64,000 nt of DNA from Octopus vulgaris (taxonomy: Eukaryota). The notes under the pieces were generated by a model. That model saw nothing but the letters and a program-made list of their open reading frames with translations. It searched no databases and was not told where the DNA came from. The stretch is from contig OX597830.1 in assembly GCA_951406725.2 (NCBI GenBank), positions 55,056,001-55,120,000 on the forward strand, given 5' to 3'. Positions 24,316-39,205 of this stretch are shown piece by piece. The position numbers were made by a program, and so were the translations under genes. Each line of letters starts with the position of its first letter. Position 1 is the first letter of the stretch.

Positions 24316-27300
24316 AAAACATGCTAATGATTCTGCCATTTCTCTAATAATATTAATAATTCCTTCTTATTTTGGTGCAGGGTTAGCATAGGGTTAAGTG
24401 GATTACATTGACCCCAATACTTGATTGGTACTTGTATTTTTTTTACCCTGGAGGGATGAGAGGAAAAGATTACTCCAGCGAAATATGAACTCAGAATGTA
24501 ATGAGCCAGAAAAAATGTCGCCTTAATGATAATAGTAATAGTAATTTCTAACACAGGTACAAAACCACAATTTTATGTAAGGATACACTTATTTTATTTA
24601 CCTGAGAGGATAACTAGCAAAGTTGACCATAAGGAAAATTTGAACCCAGAACGTAGATACCATAAAAAAATAAAACTTCAACAAAATACTTTAAAGAAGG
24701 GCAGTTGGGAAATCCTCAAACTACTTCAATGAAAATGGGGAATAATTGTTCTCTTTCGGTAACAAGCAGGAAACCTAAGACTAATTGAATTATGTCAAGT
24801 TAAATATTTGGTAATAGTAGTTGTAGTAGCAGTAAAAGATGGAAATGTGAGCTTGTCTCTATAGTACTACCCTCAACCTCTTTCTCTGACATTATCATCA
24901 ATCCAACATTAGCAGCTCTTGACCTTCTTTATCAGATATCATCTGATCAACATTTGTTGAGTTTTTTCTTCTCAGGGCATTCTTAAGAGGCCTCCATCCA
25001 CCACTGTTATTGGATTAAATGTTTTCAGAAGTGCAAGGTCATAGAGACTATGCTAGTTGGTTTACACTGGAGCTTCTGTATTGGAACGATCTGCTAGAAA
25101 TAGTAGCTAGCATTTTATTGGCAGTATACAACAGACAACGTGGTCTTAGAAAAAGTGTGTGAAAATGAGTGGATAGCCAAAACTAGGTTAGAATGCTTCA
25201 ATCATATTCTACTTGATTAAGGTTGACCAGGATAGGGGATAAAAATGGAAAGGAATTTCATTTACTGCTCTTTCCACTCTCAAAATCTAATCCTTTATAT
25301 TGCTGTTAGAAAAGAAAATAATTGAATTCCTCCCTCTCATTCCCTCCCATCTCCCACTCCCTCCAGTTATTGCATTTGTTATTGCATACCACACCAAACT
25401 GAATGGCATGTTGCATAATTATCATTTGTTCAATTATACATGTGCTTTACTGCAGCATTTTTTTTTCTATATAAATGTTTCCAACTTCCTATATTTTCTT
25501 CTCTTACAATCCCCACCTTCCAAAAAAAAAAAAAAAAAATCTGAGGCTTCTCTTGGCCACATAAGTAATAATTATCTATCAGGGTGTTTCATTGCAGCAC
25601 ATCAAGTGTTTATTTATAAACTTGATATTTTACATTTACAATGACTCTTCTCTCTTAAGTGGAAAGTTTATCTAATTTTCTAATAGCTGTGTGTGTGATT
25701 TTGCTCTTTATGTGCAGAATATATGTTACATATCTAGTAATTGTCTTATACATTTATTTCAATTTTATTCACTTTATCATTTGTTCTATTGGAATTTCCA
25801 TTTCTTTTTGTAATGTAGTTCATCATAGAGAATATTGACTTCATAAATGTTTGCTATTGTGAATTCTAGTGAAATAGGGGAAATCTGCACGTGAGTGCAT
25901 GTGCTGAATTGATTTTTTTTCTTAATAATGAGTAAAAATGAAAAGAGAAAACATGTATATGAAGCTTGAAATCTGAAATATTTGAAATGAAATTAATTCC
26001 ATTAACATCCATTCCTTGTAAATTGTCAGTGTATGAGAAATTGTGACATGTTACATGCATTGTATATAAAAGACATGAGGAAATGCTGCTACAATCACTT
26101 CTTAGTTTAGTGCATTTATTGAAGTAATTACAGCAGTTAGACTGGGAATATAGGAAATGTATAGCTTCTGAAAGGCTGCTTTTATGTGTGTGGCAGTACC
26201 TGTCTCTAGATTGAAACTGGGTCTCTGCATTGAGTAAAATAATGCTGTATAAGACAGCTCTGTTTCAATCACCAAATAACAACTGTGAATGATCTTCTAA
26301 GAGGATGCATAATTTTAACTGTGCTAGCATTTCAAGAGTGGTATGAACTAATGATCTGAGAATTATAGGCTGTGTGTAGCTGGCTGATTAAATTGTTTAT
26401 TACATTCAGTTAGGAATCTTATTTCTGTAATTGAGCCAATGTTCTGCTGTTAAAGGTATTGATTAGCACATTTTACATTACTAAGACAATTTGATAAATA
26501 TATGTGTTCTTGTTTGATGTTAGGTTGTATATTCTTCTACAAATGTACTATTGTAAATATTCTTTTCAATAAATAGTTACTTAGAGAATAATGAATGTTT
26601 TTGTCTATAATTATTTAGATTTATATCCTTAGCAAACATCTTGTAGAATAATAATCTGCTGATTTTTTTTTTGTAAGTCTTCAAACATTTTGGTTACAAT
26701 ATTCATATAAAAAAATATTTCATCAAAATATTTTCCATTTTAAATTGACATTTATTTAGTAACTAACAATGTAGTGTACTTTAAAAGCATAGTAGCCTGA
26801 GTATGGCAGTGGGAAAAGTTCATAGACCCTATTACTTTTGCTGCTAAACACACACACACACACACTCTCTCTCTCTCTCCCTTCTACAAGTGAATATTTG
26901 TGTATGTTGCTTGTGTATGAATGAAATGTTTAGTGTTATGGTAGCAAAACTTGGGATTGTGAATGCAGATAATGAGAAAAGGTTGGAAAGTAAGATTTAA
27001 GCATTCTTCACAGGGTTCATAATGTCACTGCATGAACAACCAAGCACAAAAAGAATAACTGGCTATGAGAGAAAGAAGAGGAAGCTGGTAGAAACATGTA
27101 GTGCGTATGGAAAATGACAGTTGAATAAAGAAATGCCAAGTTATCTAAATTGTCAAAACCTGTAATAAAGGAAGACATGAGAAGAATTAGTGAAGCATAT
27201 TAAGATGATCAAGGTTCTGCAAGTGATAAAATGCAAAACTCTGAAATAGACTTGTTCAACCCATGCAAGAATGGAAAAACATGCAAAATGATGATGATGA

Positions 27301-27326
27301 ATTTTCAGTCATATGTGCACTTTGTA

Positions 27327-28593
27327 CAGGGGTTGGACAAAATAATGGAAACACCTTAAAATTTCAAACAAATTTATTTTAATATGAGGTAGGACTGCCT
27401 TTGGCAGTAATTGCAGCTTGAATTCTATGAGGTGTGGACTCCTACAAAGTTTGAATTGCTTCCAAAGGAATTTTTGTCCATACTTCAGCTAAAACAGTCT
27501 CCAGTTCTTGTAGTGATGGTGGTGGAGGATATTGACTCCTTACTTGTTTTTCTAAAATGCACCATAGATGTTCAATAATATTGAGATCTTGGAACTGTGG
27601 TGGCCAGATAAGATGTTCAACTTCACTAGAATGTTCCTTGTATCATTCAGTAACAACTTTAGCCATGTGAATTGGTGCATTATCATCCTGAAAGATTGTG
27701 TATCCCTTCAGAAACAGTTCTGCAACCATAGGATGAATTTGATCTGATAAAATGCTTAAATAGTCTTGACTATTAATTCTCCCATGAAGGGAAACCATTG
27801 GGCCAGCGGATTTCCAAGATTTATCCCCCCCCATCCAGATCATCACGGATCCTCCTCCACGTTTAACAGTTGGAAGAAGGTAGTCTGGGTCAAATGCTTC
27901 TTTTGGCTGTCTCCACATGTATACTCAATTTGTGGTTGGAAATAGGGTAAAAGATGACTCGTTTGAGAAAATAACATTCTTCCACAGCTCTGGGGACCAA
28001 TTCTGTAGGTTTTACTCCACTGTAAATGCTTTGCAACATTCGTTTTTGAAAGTAGTGGTTTTCTGATTGCAGCCCTCCCATGAAATCCGTCTTTGTGCAG
28101 CTCCTGGCACACAGTTTTTGTGGAAATTGGGTTCTCGAGTTGGTCATTAAGCTCTGCAGTAATTTTGGGAGCTGTACTTTTGTGATCCTTTATAACAATT
28201 CACGTAAGAGTCCGACAGTCCCTATCTGAAAGTTTTGATTTTCTTCTGGAGTTTTGTTTTGATGAGGAGGTTTTTACCTCTTTCTCAAAGACTCATTTCT
28301 TTCGGGACAGTACTTCTTGGTACACCAAGCATTTTGGCTGTTCTCATTACGCTAGCTCCTGCCATACAAACACCAACAATTTGACCTCTTTGAAAGTTCG
28401 ATAGTTCTTTCATTTTAATGAATTTTAACTACTTTTTTCTGATGATATCTGAAAAGAAACAGAAACTTTAGCAAAACATATTAAGCAACACTAATGATAA
28501 ATCAAAAAGCATAAAAATAAACAAGCTTTAACGGTTTTATAGATATTTCAAAATTATGATGCTAGATGGTTCCATTATTTTGCCCAACACCTG
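27327..28593 (-). mobile_element. Tc1-family transposon with a frameshifted transposase (~27379-28413)
   Basis: TIRs cagggGttggacaaaataatggaa / ttccattattttgcccaacacctg with TA on both sides. Motifs MKELSNFQRGQIVG, TVKRGGGSVMIW, FQDDNAPIH and WPPQFQDLNIIE. Confidence 0.92.
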
Positions 28594-29107
28594 TACATCT
28601 GTTTTTCCATGCTATCATGGATTTGATGAATATATTATTGAGGCGTTGTTTTATAGCCAGATACCCTTCTTGTCACTAACCCTTACCTATTTTTCAGGTA
28701 AGAGATTCACAGGGGAAGTGACAACAACAACAATGCTCATTGTTCATAACTTTCATAGAACACAAGTATAAACACACACATAATGGGCTTTTTTTCATTT
28801 TCCACTACCAAGTTCACTTAAGCAGTGGGTGTAAACCTGAAACTACATAGTTGAGAAGTGAAATTAACTTCACTTGCCCAGTGGGACTGAATATATATGA
28901 TGTAGCAGTATTATGCCCTCTATCTTAACTTCAGTCATTCAGTTTTTAGAATTAAATCCTGTGAGAGGCAATTTTACTGCTTTTACATGAATTTGTTATT
29001 GATAAATAAGTACTAGTATGTTACTGGTACTCTACCAACTATATCCCCTTCTTTAAGAAAAGGAAAAAGCCATGTACTTAAAAGAAATCCTTGTACTATC
29101 TCTGAGC

Positions 29108-29397
29108 CCGTGCTACTCAAAGTGGTGTTCTGCGGACTGTCACTGGTCCGTGAGCCAATAGCTGCCGGCACATGGCGAGTTTCCAGAAAAGAAAGAAACA
29201 TAAAACGCTTATGTAATAATGTTGTATTTGTTTAGAAAATAAATATAAGCTACAAAAAATTGTCAACTTTTATTATATTCATTATATATATTGTTTCCTG
29301 TATAAATTAATATTAGAAAGAAATATTACCAGTCCCTGGCACATTGGAAAAAAAAGAAACTACTGGTACGGCACATCAGATAGTTTGAGAAGCACTG
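29108..29397. mobile_element. hAT (Charlie-like) MITE
   Basis: Ends c(c)gtgctactcaaa / tttgagaagcactg. 8-bp TSD ctctgagc / ctctaagc. Confidence 0.85.
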
Positions 29398-32300
29398 CTC
29401 TAAGCTACATAAGCATATGCATTAATGTTAAACTAATACTGATAATCTATCTATATAGATTATACATATTTGTATAAACACTTCCTTATCTATTTTACTG
29501 TAAATGTAACTGTTTGTTAAACTACAAATTACACTTAAATATAGATAGCTTTATAAATCACAATTGGTTTTGTATACATTTTTATATCAAGAAGTAATGT
29601 GTGTCAGAGAAATTAAAAATGTAATTTCCTATTATCATGTCCTCCAGTGAATATGCTAAATATCAAAGGTGTAGCTGTTTTCTTTTAATATACTTGTTTG
29701 TTTGTTTTTTTGTACTGTTAGCTAAATTAGCTTTTGTTTAAATGTTAAAACTTGATGATTAAAAGGTGTTATGCAAAAGACAGTGTAATTTTAGTCCTTG
29801 TGACTATTTTTATTGATAGAATGATTAAGATGTTTGTTTAGAAATTTTGTCTGCCATGTAATTTAGTGTGTAAGGCTATCTAGGTCAGCTTGTAACCAAA
29901 ATCGCTGTCAATTGATAAACATCAAAATCATTGTAGACATATTAATAATAATAATTATGTGTCTCTATATTAAAAACATGTACTGTGTAATGTTCAGCAT
30001 TATTGAAAACTTAGATGAAGAAAAATACCTTTACTTGCAAAATAAATGATAAATACAGTAGAGAATATTGTTTATTACATACAAGTGACTTTGGAATGAC
30101 ATTGTAACATCTTGAAATTTGTAGAATCTCCTGATAAAATTTCTGTTCAGAGCAGATATAGAAATATCATATAATATTGATTTCTTTTGATAAACGACAA
30201 GGCCAGCATTTTGTAAGGGAGAGTTAGGCAATCAATCCAGTTGATCTCAGTACATAGACTTCATTGTGTGTGTGTGTGTAAGATTTATTTAATATTAAAA
30301 TCATTTAAGGTTTGAATAATTCTTATAGAGAAGTTGAATCGGGTTACTTTTTGCACATCTTTGGAATTTATCAACTTAGTTTATATGTTATCACAGGACT
30401 CTGATAAAAAATAATAATTATCGTTTGACATTCATACTCTATGCTGACATTGGTTAAATGATTTGACAGTAAATGATGGGTCCGAAGACTGCATCATGCT
30501 CTGATATCTGCTTTGGATGCCCTTAATGCCAACCACCTTACAGCATGTACTAAGTGCTTTTTGTTCATGGGACTAGCAAGGTTGCTATACGGCCTACAAG
30601 ACCAAGATCCTTTTCATCTGAGTAGAACCACAGTAAAGGGAGTGGCGACTTTATGCTGGAGATGAGGGGTTAAAGTGTGAGAAAAAATGACTTAATAAAA
30701 TATGAGAAGTTTGCTAGAAAAATAAAAGATACCTGATACAAGATTCCTTATGCAAATTATTTGTTTGTATCAACTAAAAGAATAATTAGTTTTGCAACAT
30801 AGAATAACATTGAAATTAAGAGGAAATGAAAATATCAGCAAGAATTGTGCTACTAAATTTCCATCAATTTAAAGAGTGTCAAAATGGTTGGGTTGTATAC
30901 TTCTTTGACCTAAATTCTCTTATGTGGTGGTGTGGTGACAATATAATGATGTTATTGGGGATGAGTGAAAAGCAACAAGGATTGAGGAGTCTACTCATTT
31001 AAATGTATTAATAGGATAATTAACTTAACAGAAGAATAATTAGTAAAATGGTTGAATAGGAAAACCTGAGGGGGGTCTTCAGAGTTCATTGCTAATCTAA
31101 TTGAAGGCATCAATCAATTTAGGAATCAGTAGTTATTAATTTTAACTAATCAGATTATTAATAAGTTACATGATTAGCTTCAATTTTCTAAGTACCGATC
31201 ACTTGATGTCTTTAAAAACTGTAAGTGCAAAATAAATCTCAGGAGCTAAAGCTGATGCATTGGAGGAGGGAAATAGAAGTAATTAATAATAATTGGTTAA
31301 TGAAGGTATTTGAGAACAAGTCACTGATGATGTTTTAAGTTTTGGTTTTCTTTCATCTGTCATTTCTGTTAGCATCCATGCTTATTTAAAAATCATAATG
31401 TTTTGGTTAATGTAAAGTTTCTGTATTTCTAGCAATATTGTTTGTTTGAAGAATATTAGAAAACAAGTAACTTTATAGCCTTATAGTCTGGTTGGCAGTG
31501 AGACAGGGAGAGTAAACAATGGTGGTGAAGGCCACATATTCAAGGTTAGAATTAGTATGAACAGTTTACATTTTGTGAGAAATTTAAAGATGAATTTGTT
31601 TGTCCTTTTCTTTGATAGCAGCCATGAGAATATTTTAGAATCTTATACGACTTGATAAACTATGTACTCACTTGTGTCTAACATGTCTGTAAACATAGAA
31701 CCCAATCAAAGGTTGCTCTGAACTCCAAATTTTAGATATTTCAGCTGCATGGTTATTGTGAACAAACAACTTATGGTACAAAGTTACTGTATTTACTCAT
31801 GTATAAGTTTTACTATTTTCTAATTGCTTTTATCTAAAAAAAAAAAAAGCTGGGGTGCAAATTAATCCCAGGACAAAATTAAAACTATAAAGGGAAAAAA
31901 TTTAGTACCAAAGTTTCACACTACATTTAAGGTGTGATTTACACATGAATAAATTGCTCAAACAATTAAGTGCAGTGTGCATATGTTATTGTCTCAACTT
32001 TCATTGTTCAACTGGTATACAACTTGTTTAATTTGTTTTGGTGTTCTGTCATTATAGAAAAACTAAACTTTATTTGCAACTGTTTTACACTGATGTTTTG
32101 TGATATAACCTCCCTGAATTTCTTCCACAGAGTACCCTTAAATCATTGCTGTAATTGATGATTGTATGGAGAGACTTTTTAAAATTACTACCTGCTCAAA
32201 TTCCCTAGTTAATAGTATGATCTATCAATCTGTTAGTTGAGTACTTCTAAGTAAAGCTTTAAATGTCTCTCCTTATCACATATTTATTGTCTGCTCTGAA

Positions 32301-34710
32301 CAGACTTTCCTTAGTCTCCTATGCCTCGCTATCACTGAATAGCAAACACTGATATCTTTTATAGAATATAGCCATTCTGAAGATTTATTTTTTCCTCAAG
32401 TCTTCCTTATATTGATTATTTACTTCCCACATCTTTTTACTCATGTCAAATTCATTTTACAGACAACTGGTATATACTGAACTTACACTTAGCCATAATA
32501 AAATCTGGTACTTTAAAATGTAATTTTCCAAATTGTATAAATCAGCAGAAGTAAATATGTGAAGAATATCTACTAAAATATCTCCTATATGTATATAACT
32601 ACAAAATAATAGCATTGTATAACAAAGGCATTGGCTGCAGTATGCATGAGAGATGATTGTACTGGTAATTCATACATATTGAATAAGAAAGTGCAGTGAG
32701 ATGTACCAGTAGAACGAGTATACAACAAATTATAATAATGATGTCTATCAAATAGAATAAAATAAACAACAATTTACTAGCATTTCTCTTTTCTGAAAAC
32801 TGCTTCAACTTTATGTTCAGTGAAGTATAAGCATCACTGTTCTCTTCCTCTAGAATTAAATGAATCTTTCTTACTGTTATTGAAAATGTCAGCAATTCTG
32901 TGGATATAATTTGACTTTCTCATTAAAGTGCTACAAAACAGTCACTCTGCTGAAAATATAAAACTGTAAACTAATGATGTATAAAATATATAGTGTGTGT
33001 ATGTATGTGTACATAAATGTGTGTGTTTATGTATATTTGTGCATCTGTATTAGTATGTGTATGTATATTTGTGCATCCATATTATTATGTCATGTATATT
33101 AGTGTGTGTGTGTACATGTATTCATATTTCAGTGTATGTGTGTATTTATGTGTATTACTACATGTATCTTTCTGTATTCTTTGTGTATATGTTTCAGCGA
33201 TGACTTGTAATTTATTAATTTGATTTTTTTCTTCAGTCAAATGAATATTTATAGGTTAATGTTTCAATTGAGTAAAAGCAGCTGTAAAGATGACTGGTAT
33301 TTATCTAGATAGAGCAATATAATCTGCTATTGAAAGATTATGATGGTATCTTGATAATGGTCAAGAAAGAGATAGTGGTTTTCAAATATATTGTTTAAAG
33401 CCATTGTTCGTTATGGGACTGAATTACACCATTATTCATGAATTGGGCAATCTGAAGTAACAGTCTTTGGTTTCTTGGTAATTAGTTATTAGTTTCACTC
33501 TAGATTAAATTGTCTACTATCAAATTTTTGCTCTATGTATGAAATGTGTCCCTGCAAATAGAGAAATGTCTTAAATGTGGTTGTTGAATTTATATATATA
33601 CATATCTGACAATTCTTCCAAAACTCTGTTTTTATACAAGAAAAAGAAATAGTAGACAGCATAATTTGGAATGTTGTAATATTAAGAGAAGCAATGGTTG
33701 CCAGAAGAAATTCTTTTGCTTTCTGCAACATGGAAGTGATAAGGTGAATTAATTTTGTAGATTGCCAGTTTGGCAAACCAAAATCAAAAAAAAAAAAAAT
33801 CATATATCTCCTTGAGATTTGCAATATATTATTATTGACCTTGTATTTCTATTTCTCAAGAATATATCTGGAAATTGGGTAAGTTGGAGAATTTACTGAT
33901 GGAGTAAGGAAAGTAGACATTATGAAAGATATAGTTAGCTATTTGGAAATTTAAAACATAGCTCATTTAAAGATAATTTAATCTTCTCAACCACTGTGGC
34001 TTTTTTTTAAGTGGGAATTTGTTTATTGGCTAATTTAGGTGAATTGCTCATCTAATAAGAAGGAACAGCCTATTACTTATAAATTTCTTGGACAGTGAAT
34101 AAGCTTAAGTTCAGAGATGTAACACTGGAAGAATTTTCTATACTATTTAGATTGGTCATGTTAAAAATTTGGTAGGAATCTTAATACTGTGTATAGTTAC
34201 AGTGATAACATTGGAAGAATGGCTTGCACTATTTCAAACTGTCATAGTCAAAATCCTGCTGTGTTTAATTTTGCTTTCTGTTCCTTTAGATCTTATAAAA
34301 TAAGCAACAGTAATTTAGAAAAGTTGAATTAAATGATGTCCATTGTCATGAACACTGGATTTGAAAACAGATCAGCCAAATGTAAACTTTTGGAGTATAC
34401 TTTGGAAACATGTAGAAGCTTAGACATTTTGAAGAAGCTTTGTGGATTAGAGCTATGAATCTAGCTTATTTTAACAAGTATTAGAAGTTGTCAATAGGGA
34501 ACTGGAGAATGTCTACATATTGTGTAGTATATATAGTCAATGAATATAAACATTTTGCTGATCTGGGAGTCAAAAAGTCAACCAAAATAGGTTTAAAACT
34601 TAAACCAGTGATTGCAGACCTATGGAACAGCAGCAGTGATACATGATGGACTTAACAATATCATGTTATAAAAAACTTGTCTATAAACATTTAGCCAAAA
34701 CTAAATTATA

Positions 34711-35590
34711 CAAGGGGTTACCCAAAAGAAACTAGAATTTTGCAATATTATTTTCTTTGCTTAGTTTTACATGTTTACACTTTTATTGCCTTCAAAGTAT
34801 TCTCCATCTGAAACAATGCATCGGTCCAGACACATTTTTCACTGTTCAAAGTAGTCTTGGAACTCTTGCAATTTGATTCCTTTTAATGTCGCCGTTGTCT
34901 TTTTTCTTCACCTCTTCCACAAAGCAAAGCATTTTCCTGTAAGGACTGTTTTCATTTGAGGGAACAAAAAAAAAGTCACAGGGAGCAAGATCAACTTCTA
35001 ACTGTTCTTTCAGTTCATGACACACATTCAATCGTGACTGGTTTTGATCTTCCGTGAGCAAGTGAGGCACAAATTTTGCTGAAACTCCTTTCATTTGAAA
35101 TTCCTGACACACCAGTCATGTCAAGTTCGTCAATTGTTCGGCGATGGTCCTCCAAGATTAGTTCATGAATTTTAATGATGTTTTCATTTGTTATGGAAAT
35201 CAATAGCCACCCTGAACAAGGTTGGTCTTCAAGCAACAACTGACCATTCTTAAAGCAGGGAAACCACTTGTAAACTTGTGTATTGCTCATGACAACATCC
35301 ATGTAAGTTGTTTGAAGCATGATAACTGTTTTGGCTACCATTTTCCCCAGCAGAAAACAAAATTTTACAGAAATGCACTGTTCCTTCATTTCAGCTATCA
35401 CTAAAATTGACGAACAGTGGAGAAGAACTGCAAAACAAAAACACACCGTGTAACAGTATGACTTCACTCCGTGATGCCAGTTAGCAGACTGATGCCTGAG
35501 GGTTGCATCAAGTGACTTCTAGCAATGGAAGCCTCAACTACCACAGGCTTGTCCCACAGATATTTCCGGTTACTTTTGGGTACCTCCTCA
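34711..35590 (-). mobile_element. Internally deleted mariner transposon
   Basis: TIRs caaggggttacccaaaag / cttttgggtacctcctca with TA flanks. Motifs EQCISVKFCFLLGK, VYKWF, VSAKFVPHLLTEDQ and DLAPCDFF. Confidence 0.9.
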
Positions 35591-36097
35591 TATGTTAAGT
35601 GACCCTCCTATAATAGGCATTAACATTTTGATATTCCAGACTGAAAAAGATTTTCCATCACTAACTTCTGATTGAAACTAAAATAGAAAAAATAAATTTG
35701 AAGTGAGATTTTTGTTTGTGTTGTTAGGGAATCTTTTGTTAGAACATTTTACGAGGTCTGAAGTTTTATATTTTGTCTGTGTGGTAAGTAGCTTGCTTAC
35801 CAGCCACATGGTTCTGGGTTACATCCTCGTAACTTAGCGGTTTGGCAAAAAAGACTGATAGAATAAGTACTAGGCTTACAAAGAATAAGCTCTGGGGTCA
35901 ATTTGTTTGACTAAAGGCGGTGCTCCAGTATGACCACAGTCAATTGACTGAAACAAATAAGAGAGTAAAAATAAAACCTATTAAAAATGGCTAATTTTCT
36001 TTTTAATGACAAAATGAAAATTATTTGAAGCTATGAGAACATGAATGTAAGAATGACTACTTCCCTCTACTAAACTCAAATTTCTTTTATTTTGCAG

Positions 36098-36152
36098 GTA
36101 AATTATGACAGTAAAATGTAGAAGACAAGCTGTCATCTAAAGTGACTTGAAG
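36098..36152 (+). other. Candidate 55-nt 5'UTR exon / recursive-splicing exon
   Basis: Acceptor ctactaaactcaaatttcttttattttgcAG and donor AAG|GTGAGT. The exon itself begins with GTAAAT. Confidence 0.55.
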
Positions 36153-38077
36153 GTGAGTATTTTAGTTAAGTAAAAAATTTTATAATTTGTTACAAATTTT
36201 TTTAACAAGAAAACCGCAGAAGGGATGACTGATATAAAATTATAGAATGAAATTAAAAGCTCATTAAAGAAATAGTGCGTGTGTGTGTTGGAGGATGGTG
36301 TTTCCATAGAACATCTGCTTAGTTGTTTCTTCCCTTTCATTCCACAAGATGAGATGAGATGGGATGTGTTCAGTTGATAATCTGAATCATTGAGTAGGAT
36401 TACATGAACTGGAAAAGGAATTCTAAGGGGAATTAGTTTTCATAATGGAAGGTACATGTTTACTGAAGACTTTATGGGTAGAGATAATTTGGCTTGGCTA
36501 GGTGTTGTATACTTTATTGGAATAGAATCAAATGATTTATAAAAATAGAAACTAACACAATAGCTTTTCAGTAGGTCAGAAACAAAAAAACTTATCATAG
36601 TGAGAGAATTTGTCACTGAAGCAGGTGGCTTTTCAGTGAATATGATTGCACACAAGCATGTTGTGTGTATTTCTCTGTTTCAGCCACAAGTTTTTAGATC
36701 TATTTTTCAGGATTCACATGAGTGAGTATAGGGTAAAATTACGGGGGACAGTTATTTTTTTCTTCATCTAGATTGCTCTTTAAAAAAAAAAATGTTTTGC
36801 CATTCATTTGTGCAATAGGAGTGGCATATACTTTCAGCTTAGTAAACTTATGAAGCAAGCATGTGTGCGAGTTTATGAATAATATTTTCTTTTAATGCTA
36901 AGTATGTCACTTTTCAAAACGTTACAATGAGTCATACCCTCCACCTTTTAAATGTTTATCTCAAAAGGCTCTGTTACAAAAAAGCAGGTACAATTAACTA
37001 TCTTAACATACTACCTCTATTCAGGGATTTACATTCCTGTTTTAGCTATTTTTCATTGCACTTTACATGATGACGCCTAATCTGTTACATTCCTTCTCTA
37101 ATCAATAGTCATTATCAATCCATTTTTCTATACTGGCATGCATTGGATAGATATGTTCCATTACACTTTCTAGCAGTCTTTCATCACCCGATACAAACAA
37201 TGGGGAAAATCATAACCATTGCAGCTTAAATTAGATGTATTATGATTGTGCCTCTAGCACTAGAGAAGTTCTGTGTGGAAGGACTAAAGTCTCCAGGCAA
37301 CCCATTGCTATATTTATAAATATAGTGTTAATTTATTTATCTTATCATTTGTCTTCAGTTTTCTGATTGTATAAAATTTTAACTATGGTGGCAATGACGA
37401 TGACAAAGTATACTACATTATAGCTGCTGAAAACTGATTGGCATTCTACATAACATTCACCCATTTCTTTGTTTTTTTTTTTACTGGGCCAAAGTTAAAA
37501 TGGCACAAGATATCTGAACTTCAACATTCAAAGTACAATTTATATATCACTATAATGAAGCAATAGACAAATTTTGTCAGTAAAATTAAACATTTTTTTT
37601 TTTGTAATATCTCAACTGGTGGATGTTTGTATGGTGGAAAGAAACTGATCAACAACTGCTACATTTGCAGAACATTGTTCCTTTTCCTTATCAGATAAAA
37701 AGCAATCTCATTGTATCAGTCCTATTCTCTCTTTGCATAACTGTAAAAGTTCCCACTGCTATGAACTAATATTTACTACCCCTATCTAATCATTCTCTAT
37801 TGTGGTTTACTAAAAAGCACTTTCCCTACACTCCAGAAATGCATTTGTCTGGATCTCTCTCTTGTGTTGCTCCTGCATTCCCTATTTGTCATTAACTTTC
37901 AACAGCTAAAAGTTGAACATAAGCATTTAAGAGGTTTGACCATCCTCATTAGACAGAGAAAAAAAATTGAAACTGGTAAATGTGTTTTGTGAGAGGTGAT
38001 GTAATTAGTGAATTAGGAAGAATGAATATTTTACTCAGTTTAAAATATTTTCCCTGTATAATAGCCAGCTTCATATA

Positions 38078-39205
38078 CACTGAGTGGGGCATTAAGATCT
38101 CCCACATTTTGAATAGATTTAAAAAAGGAACACAACTATCTAGGTAAAAACTGATTATATTTCTAAAAAGTACATAAAAAATGCTTTTGTTTTAATGAGT
38201 TTTAAAAGTTAGAAGACAAATGGTGGCTGTTGTTGTCAATATATTGAAGTTGTTTCATAGGACTGTTAGAACTTCAGAAAATATGGCAGCAATAAGAGCA
38301 TCCATTCAGCAATTGCCAAAGTGTTCTGCTTTAAGTATAGCATAGCACTAAGAATATCAAGTTGGAGCTTGAGGAGGGTTCTGCATGCTGATTTGAAACT
38401 GCATCCTTACAAGATGGAGTTGGCTCAAGAATTAACTGAGACAAATCATAACTGCAGAGCTATATGTGCAAATATTCTTGCACAAGTTCCCACAGTAGTT
38501 GTTCTGAGTACTAATGAGGCTCACTTCCATATCAATGGAGCCACAAACAAGCAGACTTTTTTGCTACTGGGCTGAACATAATCCTCATCAACTCTACCAA
38601 CAACCATTTCACTCTCATGTAACTGTTTGGTGTACAATTGCTGACTTTGATATGATTGGCCCATGCTTATTTGAATAAAGGTGGTGCAACAATAACTATT
38701 ACATCTAGTTAGTAGATTGAAATGTTGGAGGCCTTTCTGCGCACCAAACAGGATGATTTGGATACAGAATGTGTGGTTTCAACAGGATGGGGCCACAGCT
38801 CACACAGCATGACATTTGCTCAGTGTTGAGGGAAATGTTTCTCTTTTAGGAGGAGACGTGGGGTGGCTGGCAATATCACCAGATTTAAACCCTTGTGACT
38901 TTTTCCTTTGGGGATACTTAAAGAAAAAGGTTTTCCAATACTGTCCTCGAACTCTTGAGGATTTGAAGGAAAGGATCAAAAAGGAAATCGACGCAAATCC
39001 ACCTTGGATGACACTGAGTCATGGAGAACTTTCAGAAATGACTCCATCAATGTATTGCCAACAATGGCTGCCATTTGGCTGATATGATTTTTAAAATCCA
39101 TAAAAACAATTGTTTTTGATGTACTTTTTAGAAATATAATCAGTTTTTTCCTAGATAGTTTTTTTTTTTTTTTAATATCCATTCAATATGTGAATGATCT
39201 TTGTG
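38078..39205 (+). mobile_element. Decayed Tc1/mariner (rosa/DD41D-like) transposon
   Basis: Motifs DLKLHPYK, STNEAHFHINGATNKQ, WFQQDGATAHTA and SPDLNPCDFFLWGYLK. Partial TIR agatctcccacattttgaat / attcaatatgtgaatgatct. Confidence 0.85.
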
